The notes beneath the pieces are model-generated. The model did no database searches. It was given only the letters and a program-made list of their open reading frames with translations, and was not told the origin of the DNA. A stretch of 64,000 nt of DNA. Origin: Rhizophagus irregularis. Its lineage: Eukaryota. The translations under genes were made by a program, and so were the position numbers. Positions 53,101-64,000 of the stretch are shown piece by piece (position 1 is the first letter of the stretch; each line of letters begins with the position of its first letter). The DNA lies in the NCBI RefSeq assembly GCF_026210795.1, contig NC_089432.1, positions 1,860,001-1,924,000 of the forward strand. The letters are read 5' to 3'.

Positions 53101-55119
53101 TCTGAGGCTATGAATCTCTGATTTATTTTTCTTTAAAAAATTTTTTATGCAATAAATATATATTTGTAATTAAAAGCTGCATTGTATTGATATTTATTAA
53201 TAAATAATTACAAAAAAAAAATTATTTGTTTCTGATTGTATGACAATAAGCAACGCAAAAATATTTATCTTTTAAAAAATTATTGTATATAAAAAATGCA
53301 TTTAGAATACCATGAATATGCTACAAAGATGTCTTCTTAACAATTTCACAATATTGTAAAAAATATCTATCCGGTATAGTTGAAATGTCATGAAAATTAA
53401 CGTTACATGACCACATCAATATCATCCAAATGTCATTTCATTATTGGGATGATATACCAAAAAAATTTGACTGTCACATTACTTTTAAGATTCATAGACA
53501 GTATAGTTAAGGTAGCTTAATGATACCTTAAAAAATTTTAAGTTTCTGCAAAGTAGGTTTACAGGAAAATTTTTCTCAATGAGGAACCTCTTCATGATGA
53601 TATTTTGGAGGTAATTTTAATTTATTATTTATGTAAAAAAAATAATAACACCCAAAGAAAATAATTATTAATTCTTTTTTTAAAGTTAAAAAATAAAAAT
53701 TAAATTACTAGAGGACAGCAAATACAGGTGATCATTTGACGATAAGTTCAATCTTTGTTTTTCTCATTAGTTACGTTATAAGACAAGTACAAGATGATGA
53801 TAATTTATTTAAAAGTATCAAATTTAATGTTAATAAATTTGTTGGAAAGGAATATATTGTTGATAAAATGTAGATGCTTAAAAGCGGATAAGAGAATTGA
53901 TAATAAAGCGAAAAAAATCCATAAACAGATTCTTTTTCTTAATATATTCTACATTATTACAAACAAAAACATAAATATGGTGCAAGTAAACTATACTCAA
54001 CAATAAAATTGTAGTACTAAAAAATCTCATAAAATTTTAAAAAATAAATTTTAAAGAAAATAAACTGGTAGTTTTATTCTTCAAGACAAGTACTATCAAA
54101 TTACCGGTCAGATATTTGAAAAAAGATCTGTATAAAAAGTTATAGGCGTTTAAAACTAACCAATTTTTATATGATCGGCCTAAATTTGAAACAAATTGAA
54201 TCACATGTGCCCTATCTTATTGGTCAAAAATTTTTATAATTCAGGCCGAAATTATGATATTTCAATGCTTGCCCGAATTATCACATTCATTTGATGAGAA
54301 AATTCCTTTAACAATGAGAAAACCTTCTGATTTATGAGAAAATCATCACACATTTACTGATGCCATGTAAAACAAAATGACAACAACAAGTTAGTAAGAT
54401 ACCTAGGGAAAAGGTTGTTATATATTACAATACCATGTAATTTAAATATGAAGAGTTTCAATGAATAAATTTTTCGTTTTGACATAACAGATAAAATATT
54501 ATGTACGAAACAGTGTAACATATAAAAATTCTCGTTTTTCATTGGATAAGGTCTGATCACGTGATATTAAAACTTGCGCCAGAAAATTGAAACATCATCA
54601 CGTGATTGTCACGTATAGTTTACTTGCACCATACAAACTTACAATAAATAACATTAACTGAAAAAATATTAAAGACCGTGCCAACTTAATTCCTGATGCC
54701 ACCCTAGTTATACTATGAAAATCGTTACATATTTTACGTTTAACAAATTTTACAAATTACTTGTTGTTAATCCAATTATCTAACGTTCATATCTTTTAAA
54801 GAAGCTAAAGCAGCTAAATATTTAACTTCAAAGTAACGTTAATACTGAAAAATAAAAATGAGAGAATAAAGTTGCGAAAGTTATGCAAATTAAACATCAT
54901 TTGATCATATGATTTTGATCTTCGGTATAACGAACTTATTTTTATTATATACTATTATAAACGGTAAAAATGAAAACTTCGGTATAATGTTATATAAAAT
55001 TTTATAGTAAAATCAGTATTTCAAAAGATTTTAATTATTAATGAAAATGGTTATACAAAAATCTTCGGTATATGGTGATCTTCGGTATATCGTGGCTTCG
55101 GTATATCGAGAGTATACTG
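47124..55119. mobile_element. 8-kb pogo/Tigger-like non-autonomous element
   Basis: TA|CAGTCAACTCTCGATATACCGAAG ... CTTCGGTATATCGAGAGTATACTG|TA, with repeated TTCGGTATA subterminal motifs at both ends. No transposase ORF. Confidence 0.75.
48022..48821. mobile_element. hAT MITE with (GGTCA)n subterminal repeats and internal minisatellites
   Basis: TAGAGCTCCGAA ... TTCGGAGCTCTA with a perfect 8-bp TSD GAAGAAAT. Confidence 0.92.
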
Positions 55120-57058
55120 TAGATATAATAAAATTCTTGAGACCCTTTTTTAATAACAGTAGATTTGGTAATAGACTATTATTAACTTATTAAGTTAATG
55201 ATTGTTTTTTAGTAGTGGTGCAGACTTTTAAACCTTAGGTTGTTATGTCATTTTTTTCAACATCCCGACCATCCTGTCACATTGTTGTATGGTGCCATAA
55301 ATGACTTTTGCCATATGGAATTTTTAGACTTTTAGACTTTACATGAACTTTTTATGTAATTACTTTTATATTTTTTAGACTTTATATAATTGTAACTACT
55401 TTTAAACTTAATATACTTAACATTAATATAAATAATATAAACTTTTTTTTTATTTGAAAACTGCTTTTAAATTTTTTAAATTCGAATTTAACACATCGCC
55501 ATATACTACTACTAAGATTTTATAGATTTACAAAATCCAATCTTTCAGGATGGAGAAAATGGATTGTGTGAAGAACTAAATATACCTAATACTATAAAGA
55601 AATATAGAATTTAATCCTATTGACATAGTTGATGATATTTTAAATACTAGATTAGAGTAAATTGTTTACATGCTATCATTATGAATTTATATCCTTTGTT
55701 TAAATACTAGTAATAGTAAAATTGCATATAGAAAAATGTTAAATAATGCTATTAATTAAAAGAAGGAGTAATTGTTATTATTTTTAGTTATATATAAATA
55801 ATAAAAAATATGCTAATTTATTTAATTTTTTATTTGTTTTAATTATTTAGAGATTTTTTTAATAACAATAAATTGGTATAATATAATGGATCTAAAAAAA
55901 TTCTCTGGAACTTTTTCTAATAACAATAGATTCAATAGATTAGTATAAAAAAATTTCTGGATCTTTTTAATGACAAATTTATTTGTAGTATAATAGACAG
56001 ATATAATAAATTTATTTGAGATTTTTTTTAATAATAATTGATTGATATTGCTAATAGATGCATATAAAAAAATCTTTGGATTTTTTTAGTAATAGATCAT
56101 TATGAAAAATATTTTCCAAGATTTTTTTCTATTTAATTAATGATAGATTGATAATAGATAATTAATGTTTCAGTAAGATTCTTTTTAGTTACCATTAATA
56201 AAAATTTTTTATAACTATAGATTATATTTAATGAGATTTGTAAAAAAGTTTCTTTTTTTTTTAATAACAACCCTATAAAAAATTTTTAGAAAATTGATCA
56301 CATATTGGAGTTCTTTTGGAATGAAAACTAGAAAAATGATCATTTATTGGAATTTACCCAGAAAATTTTTTATAAAGTAATAGATATGATAAAATTTTTT
56401 GGTGATTTTTTTTTAATAATAATATATTGGTATATGATGCAAATTAACAGTAAGTAGCTGCTAGTTTTTTTATGATAAAAATTGGGCAATTTTTTTATAA
56501 CAATTGAAAAAAAAATTTTTATTTTTCAATAGAAAATTGGCCAATTTCTTTTTCTAAATTAAAAAAATTTTTATTATTTTTAATAAAAATTGCTCAATTT
56601 ATTCTATTATTAAAAAATTATAAAAAAGTGACCTATTTAAAAAAAGTAGGTAAATGTTTTTTAATTGTTTTAACAAAATGTTGTAAAAACGTTTTTTATT
56701 AATAATTTTCATAAAAAAAATGCGAAAACGTAAATCAATTAGTTGCCTGTGTCACCAAAATTAAAAATGTTCATATTTTTTTATTCCGTAAAATAAAAAA
56801 TTTTTTTTTTAATTTATTGCTAAAATAAATAATATCTTTGCTTAAATTTAAATAGTTCCCATTTTTTTTTTGATTTTTTTTCTAATGAAATAATTAATTA
56901 ATTTCACTAGAAAATATTAGAAATTTTTTTTGTTCGTGTAAAAAAATTTTTTGATGATCAACATAAAAGTAAGAAATGTAAATTTCTTCATGATCTATCA
57001 AGTCAATAATGATTTTTAGTAGCACAGAAGAACTCAGCGCAAAAAGTTTCCACTTATA

Positions 57059-58252
57059 AAGGTAACGCAACGCATTGTTCATAATTTTAACTTAGTAATC
57101 CTAATTTTTATTGTGATAAATATATATATAATATGCCGTATATTTTTTTTTATTTTATTGCCATCATAGTCTGACAGTTTTATTGAACCACAACTTCAAT
57201 GGGTCAGAAAATATGGAAATATTGTAAAATACAATGGATTATTTAATAAACCAACCCTTTTTGTCGCAGATCCAAAAATAATTCAAGAAATAACTTTAAG
57301 TAAAACTTATGACTTTGTCAAACCTTTTAGTACAGTTGGTATTTTAACTTCTCGGTGATAGTCTTTTATTTGCGGAAGGTGATGATCATAAGATACAAAG
57401 AAAAATGATGAATCCAGCTTTTGCTTACAGTAATATCAAAGTAATTATATTTTGTCATAGAAAATTTTAATTTTGAACCAAATTAAATAAATTAATATTT
57501 TTATTTTAATTTAGGAAATGGTTCCAATATTTATTCATGTATCTTCTATTTTAAAAGGTTTAATTGAAAATGAGATAAATCAAGGAAATTCTAATATTAA
57601 TCTTACACCCTATATCTCAAAGGCTGCTTTGGATATTATTGGTTTAGTAGGTAAAAGAAAAAAAAAATTTTTTCCAATACTGACGCATTAATAATAAGAA
57701 ACTGAAAAATCTACTTTTTTTAGGATTTAGTTGTTAATTCAATTCGTTGACATCCTCAAACGAATTGGCAACAGCATATAATTCTATTTTAAATAGCTCA
57801 CCAAGTACTTTACAAATTGCCATTACAATATTATCAGAATATGTTCCATTTATCGGAGATATTCCAATAGGTATGAACGTGAAATTTAAGAACACGTGTG
57901 CAGTTATTAGCCGCATATCAAAGAAATTAGTTGAAGAAAAGTAGAAAATGGAGTATTAAAGAATAAGGATTTGCTATCATTATTAATCAATACCAATAAA
58001 ACATTACCCGATGAAGAAACAATGACTTACGAAGAATTAAAAAATCTAGTAACTAAAGAATAATAAATTATTTATTATTTATTAATTTATTAATTTTTGA
58101 TTATTTACCTTTTTTTGGTAAATATTTCAGCTTATGACATTTTTAATTGCAGGACATGATACTACAAACGTTGCAACTTGTTGGGCTTTATATTTACTCG
58201 TACAACATCCACATGAGCAAGACTTATTACGTGAAGAATTAGTTAAAGCTTA
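57059..58252 (+). pseudogene. Cytochrome P450 paralogue fragment (intron 1 to mid exon 5)
   Basis: Same intron positions and clear similarity to 16043-18053 (EPQLQWVRKYGNIVKY, RKMMNPAF, AGHDTT). Frameshift ~57345, stop at 57942. Lacks exon 1 and the ExxR/heme region. Confidence 0.9.
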
Positions 58253-60751
58253 ACAGTCAGTGGTCATATCAAGGATCGGCATGGGGAAATGTTTTTATTA
58301 TGATGATTGGCATGATGTCGATCATTTTTTGTAAAATCATTTTTTAGCTAAATAAAAATAATTTACATAATAATATATACTGAAATTTTATACGTGACTG
58401 CATTTTATCTCAAAGTTAGAATATATTAATTTTCATTATGATTTAATAAATATTGAATAACTTTTATTAGTAGTGAATTTTTGAGCAATGAAAAATTGCC
58501 AAGTTTTATGACATTCTAACTTTAAAAGTGTTGTTTCACCATGATTTATAACCATATGATATGTGAAACTGTGAGACATGAAGAAAATATTTTTATCTTC
58601 ATAATGTGTAAAAGAACTTGTTAATAAGTTGCATCTTTCAGTTCTATTTCACCTATTTTAAGCAGTTAAAAAAACGTGAATTGCAATGTTGGAACAAGAC
58701 TACAGTATTCCTTCGCCAACACTTTCACCATTTACTGTAAATTTAATGGAAGAAGAATATGTTGACGAAATAAACAGTGAGCATGAAAGAATTTCACTTT
58801 CACTTAATGAATTGCTAGCTGATAATGATACTGATAGTACTAGTATTAATAGCGAAGATTTTGAAGAAGAAGTTGAAGAAGAACAGAAAGTTTGCAATGA
58901 AAAAGATGAAATCATAGATAATTTAGAACAAACAAGATTTACACCATGTGTAATTGTTGATTTTATTGAAGGTGAGATTAAGCAGTGTAAAAAAACAGCA
59001 AATTTAAGACAACTTCGCAATTTATTTGGTACTTGGCAAGTTGATAGAGATGCGGTTAACAAAGTTAATGGTGTTTTATCAAAATTAGGTGTATGCGATT
59101 CACACTTCCAATTTGATAATAAATATTTACATTAATCACTGTTCAAACAAACAAAGGACTTTGATGAAGGAATTATTCAATGGCGTCAGTGTATTTTCTG
59201 TAACAAATATATCACATTTTTTTCTAGGGGTAAAGGATGTATGGTACACTCATGGTATTTAAACAAAAAAAATATTCAAGTTCCGTGTATTGGTCAATAT
59301 GTATGTGAGGCGTTACAATCATGCCCACCTTTATGCAATCCAGCTTTTGGAAATGTTAAGAGACCATTGTATTTGTTGTTTATGTTACGAAAATTTGGGT
59401 GGTCACATTTACCATCATTCTGGAATTAGAGGAAAAAAAGCATCAATATGCATTTCTGAAAATTTACATGCAGATGATATAACAAAAGGACTTGAATTTA
59501 TAGGCAATTTATTAATCAATATTGCATGAACAGGAAATAATGAAATTAAAAAAAATATTTTAATTAAAATTTTCGAGGCTCTTCTTCTTTTTTTTCCATT
59601 AAAATCTGATTCCACTACCACTTTTTCCACTTCAACTGCTAATACATCAAACTACGAAGAACAGGAAAAAATTATTCTTAACGAACCTCCTAGTTTATTC
59701 ATGATAAAGACTCTTTTTATAAAAATTTATAAAGAAAAAGAATATAGAAAGAATGTAGAAATTAATGATTTTAATGTAAATATTTCTTTATTTTTCTTAT
59801 TTTCTTATAAATAAATATACAATTTTATATTTTTGGTTTATTTTAATAGGAATTTGGATGTACGTTTGGACAAAAATTGTGGAATTCACGATTAGACATC
59901 AATTTTAAAAAATCTGCCATAGAATCTCCACAGACCATTCAAGAGTACTATAATGCTTTTCCAGAATTTTTAAAAAATTTTTTTTCTGGAATGGTTGATA
60001 AACTGTACGAAAAAAGATATCAATATGTAATTTTCAACGAAAAAAACATAATAAATGACCAAAAGTAAAAATTCCTGAACAGACAATAAAAGTTGTAACA
60101 TTTATTGCATCAATGTTACTAAGTTTAGCTTTTCCTCACCTAAAGGTTTGGTTACCTCAAGTTTTAGCTAGTCTCAGTCATATGCCATGATTATTAGGTT
60201 ATTTTCGACAATTGTTAACAGTTTGTCATGTAACATCACATACAGATCGGCATGAACGAAAACTTGCAAAAATTCGGATGGAAACATCAGATCCAACAAG
60301 ACGCCTAATACAAGGAAGTAATGTTTGGAATTTGGCTATTATCGATAATATAGACTTTAAAGAGAAAAGCTTCAAATTTGGCAATATCTATGATGTTACT
60401 CATGGTAGTTCTCACATGACTCTTCGAATGGCTTTTCAAATTCAATTACCAATTGAAGTAGAAGCTGGCCCAGAAAAAATTATTGAATTAACTGCCAAAA
60501 CTCCTCTATTTGAATATTGGTATTAATAAAACATTAACAATATTTCAACAAATTATATATAAACTATTGGATTTCAAAAAAATTAATGAAAAACTTACTT
60601 ATGAAACAAACTTCAACACCGAAACTATTAAACGTGAAATACTTAATAAATTAGATTTTGGATGTCGTGGTCCATCTTCTAATATTGTTATATTAGAACC
60701 AGGATTAAATCCAAATTCAGATGATGAAATTTTACACGTTGCTGAAATGTA

Positions 60752-62041
60752 CAGTCGCTTCAGAAAGTATCGCCCGATTTTTCGTTGTGTAATGATACAC
60801 CCAATTTAAATTATTTATACCCCTATTTTTTATTATTTTAAATGTTTTCCTCATAATTTTATGACCTGATGAACGCATTGCACGGTTAAAAAAATTATGT
60901 CACATTATACTGAATTATCTCCTCTGGAGAAAAGAAAAATACTAGCATATATGGAAAATTTTAACCCTGCACAAATAGCAAGAAAAATGGGGCGTGACCC
61001 TACCACAATACGTAGATTTATTGACAAATACAAGAAGACAGGGGTGACTGAAAATTTACCGCGATCAGGACGGCCACCTGCTCTCAATAATAATGAGAAA
61101 AATGCACTTATAAATGAAGTTAAGAAGAACAGACGCGAACCTTTACATGAAATTATTAATACATTGGGCTTAAGTTGCAGTTTAACAACTGCTAGACAGA
61201 CACTATATGATGCTGGAATCCATTCCCATGTTGCAGCAAAAAAACCTTTTGTATCAAAAAAGCATGCATTAGCTCGTGTTAGTTGGTGTGAGAAATATAA
61301 AGAAAAAACAATCCAGGATTGGAACCAAGTTATTTTCTCTGATGAATCGAGTGTTGAGATTGGCAAGCAGTCAAGACAGATAAGAGTTTGGAGACATACA
61401 GGGGAAAGGTTTAACATTGAATGTTTGACACCTACTTTTAAAAGTGGTCGAAAATCAGTTATGGTTTGGGGATGTTTCGCTGGAGGAATAAAAGGACCAT
61501 TAATTTTTTGTGATGAAAATAAAGAAGGAGATGAAAAAATCAATTCAAACACTTACATTAGAATCTTAAATTTACATTTATATCCATTTCAACACACAGT
61601 TTGCGAATTAACAGGAAGAGCTGCAATTTTCCAACAGGATAATGCATCTATTCATACCGCGAAAATAACCAAAAATTGGTTGAAGAAGAATAAAATTGCG
61701 ATTATTGATTGGCCGGCAAATTCTCCTGATTTAAACCCAATAGAGAACATCTGGAAACATTTAAAAGACAATATCCAGGCCCGTAAGACCTTTCCAAGAA
61801 CTGTGAGTGAACTTAAAGTTGCACTAAGTGAAGAATGGGAAAATTTGGATTGTTCCATTTTTGAAGAGGTTGTTGCTTCGATGCCACAAAGAATCAATGC
61901 AGTGTTAGAAGCAAGAGGAAGGCCAACACATTATTAGTTATTTTAGAAATTATTTTTTTACGTAAAGTTTAATAAAAATCAATAAAATTTGGCTATTTTT
62001 GGTATCAATTTTAAATCGGGCAATACTTTCTGAGGCAACTG
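60752..62041 (+). mobile_element. Autonomous-looking Tc1 transposon
   Basis: 29-bp TIRs CAGTCGCTTCAGAAAGTATCGCCCGATTT (3 mismatches) and TA TSD. Confidence 0.95.
60897..61937 (+). CDS. Tc1 transposase, DD34E, intact 346 aa
   Basis: HTH plus RSGRP, FSDES, VMVWG, FQQDNA, SPDLNPIENIW. 34 residues between the second D and E. Confidence 0.96.
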   Translation: MSHYTELSPLEKRKILAYMENFNPAQIARKMGRDPTTIRRFIDKYKKTGVTENLPRSGRPPALNNNEKNALINEVKKNRREPLHEIINTLGLSCSLTTARQTLYDAGIHSHVAAKKPFVSKKHALARVSWCEKYKEKTIQDWNQVIFSDESSVEIGKQSRQIRVWRHTGERFNIECLTPTFKSGRKSVMVWGCFAGGIKGPLIFCDENKEGDEKINSNTYIRILNLHLYPFQHTVCELTGRAAIFQQDNASIHTAKITKNWLKKNKIAIIDWPANSPDLNPIENIWKHLKDNIQARKTFPRTVSELKVALSEEWENLDCSIFEEVVASMPQRINAVLEARGRPTHY

Positions 62042-62065
62042 TACAAGAAAGATTTTTCAATGAAT

Positions 62066-62693
62066 CCCTATAAAAAATAAATGTCCAGAAAATATCTACG
62101 AAAATATCCGGAAAGTGTCCAGAATAAATCTGGCATGTCCAGAAATTGTCCAGAAAATGTCTATTTTTTGCTACAAATTTGATACCTAAAATTTTGATAT
62201 ATCCGGACTTTGTCCAGAATATATCCAGAATTTGTCCAGTATAAAATTTTGGACAAATTCCGGACATAGTAAAAATTCAGATAATTTGAGCTGGACAAAT
62301 TCTGGACGCTACTTCCAAAAAAGGATAAATTAATTTTGTAAAAAAATGCAAAAAGCACAAGACTGACATTCATAACCTTCTTTGTCATACTAATTAAATT
62401 TGCTGAGCAGGCAAAAATACTATATATATATCTATGATATAAAACTTTAAGTTAAAAGCAATTATAATGATGGTCACCTGTTGATCATCTTTTTGTGCCA
62501 AATTTTATGAAAAAATATTTCAGGTCAATTTCCGGACAGATTCTGGACAAAATGAGTGTCCAGAAACGATTGTGTTTTTGGAACAATTTCCGGACATGGT
62601 ACCTGGTATTTTCTTGACATTTTCTGGACAATTATTTAGACAAATTTTCTGGACAATTTCTGGACAATTTCTGGACACTTATTTTTTATAGGG
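62066..62693. mobile_element. Non-autonomous CMC/EnSpm-like MITE
   Basis: AAT|CCCTATAAAAAATAA ... TTATTTTTTATAGGG|AAT (3-bp TSD), with many GTCCAGAAA/TTTCTGGAC subterminal repeats. Confidence 0.85.
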
Positions 62694-64000
62694 AATAGTC
62701 ATTCTTTTTTGGACATTGTAGCAGATGAAGCAATATTTCATAGATTAATTAAATGCAAAGAAAAATGGCCACATATAAGACCGCTTCTAGGTCAGTGGCA
62801 TACCTCCAAAGACTTTTGTTCAGTATTAATAGTTCTATTCTTTAGTTATGGATTATTAAGTTTAGCATCATGCCTAGGTGTTCGTTTTTTAGATAAATTT
62901 GAGTCTGCAGTTGACTTTAAATCAACAGCACGAGTATTAAACCTTATATGGGTGGCGGTAGGAATAGCAATAAACATATATATTACTGAAAAAGGAATAT
63001 TATTTTCTGAAATAATGAATAGTGATAACATTTGTCTCAAGGTATATATCAAAAAATATGGAAATTTTTAGATAATTTTTAATTTTAATTTTACTTACTA
63101 ATGTCAATCTTTAGATATGGAATTTGTATTATCAATGGGCCGGAATCTGGAAGGCATATTGGATGGGGATTCAGGTTGGAAATTTTGATTTACAACGAGA
63201 TTCTTTATCTGCGGCTGGATCTCTTTATGCAAGTGCTGCAAAATCGAATTACACAACGGCAATCGCACATTTTCTTGCTACAATTGCAGCTCATCCACAA
63301 CTAGAAGAAAAATTACGTTATTGTGGTGCTTTTAAGATTCCATATGATGCTGACAGTGATTCTGAAAATGTGCGTCATGTTTGCTTTGGATTCGATGAAG
63401 CTCTAGAGACATTTGGTGTAAGATTTATTAAAGGAAATATTAGTGGTAATGTTATTGATGAGAAGAACGTTAAAATTCAAATAAAAGCATTGCAAAGTGA
63501 AAGGGAAAGAATAGATCTTTTAATGAGTGAATATCTTGATGATAATTCAATTTCATACAGTGAGAAGGCAATTGAATCATGACAAGAATCCTTGTGGGAA
63601 CTTGTTAATGACCTAATAGTAATATTTGGAATGGATGATCCATTATCTCACCAACTATTTCAAAATTACCCACCCACAGAAATACATCAGGAGGGACTTG
63701 ATCGTCTTATTTTGTGTTATTCTAATGGATTGGAAAGAATCAAAGGAATATACCAGCAGAAAGTCTTAAAAATAGAAAGTAGAGTCACTAAAGGTAGAAG
63801 AGTAGCGGGGTGGTTAGAACAAAAATAAAAGATTACAATAATCAAAAAAAATTAAAAAAACAGTCTATTCCCGATCCTTCACAATCATCACAAAAAAATA
63901 CTGATGAAAATTTGAATGAACAATCTACAGACCATTTATCTGATGCTGCTAAGCCACAACCTAAACAAAAAAAGCATCGAACTACTGATGAAGAGATGAA

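Larger units (their letters stand above)
58253..64000 (+). mobile_element. Large DNA transposon with decayed Academ-like (DUF6589-type) transposase; runs off window
   Basis: Begins exactly where P450 homology stops. Coding pieces from 58686 give a Cys-rich N-terminus, then NLAIIDNIDF, DIVADEAIF, LLGQWH and FDEALE motifs. Stops, frameshifts, two introns and two nested insertions. Confidence 0.6.

Noticed and set aside
52501..53520. Possible TTAA-flanked Kolobok-like element
   Set aside because: Inverted ends too degenerate to support boundaries.
60905..61897. Minus-strand ORFs of 215 and 81 aa
   Set aside because: Antisense to the Tc1 transposase.

Overview
Very AT-rich eukaryotic DNA with short GT-AG introns. 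The gene families (TKL kinases, kinase-Sel1 fusion, TRP-like channel, P450s) and repeat landscape look like an arbuscular mycorrhizal fungus (Glomeromycota, Rhizophagus-like); this taxon call is inference. Host genes: one intact 7-exon cytochrome P450, one small intron-rich orphan gene and four pseudogenes. Most of the window is nested transposable elements. The centrepiece is a full-length 10.9-kb Ty3/Gypsy LTR retrotransposon (34478-45426, minus strand, ~99% identical LTRs, GCAT TSD). Its RT-RNase H is fused in frame to a complete thymidylate/deoxynucleotide-kinase-like P-loop domain. It also has a separately encoded integrase, a UGA-CUA gag-pro junction and a very long Gag N-terminal extension. 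Also present: a CACTA-type element filled with ~19 tandem micro-exon/intron units, an Academ-like transposase interrupted by an intact Tc1 and a CMC-type MITE, an 8-kb pogo-like cargo element, and many hAT, Mutator and Tc1 MITEs with readable TSDs.
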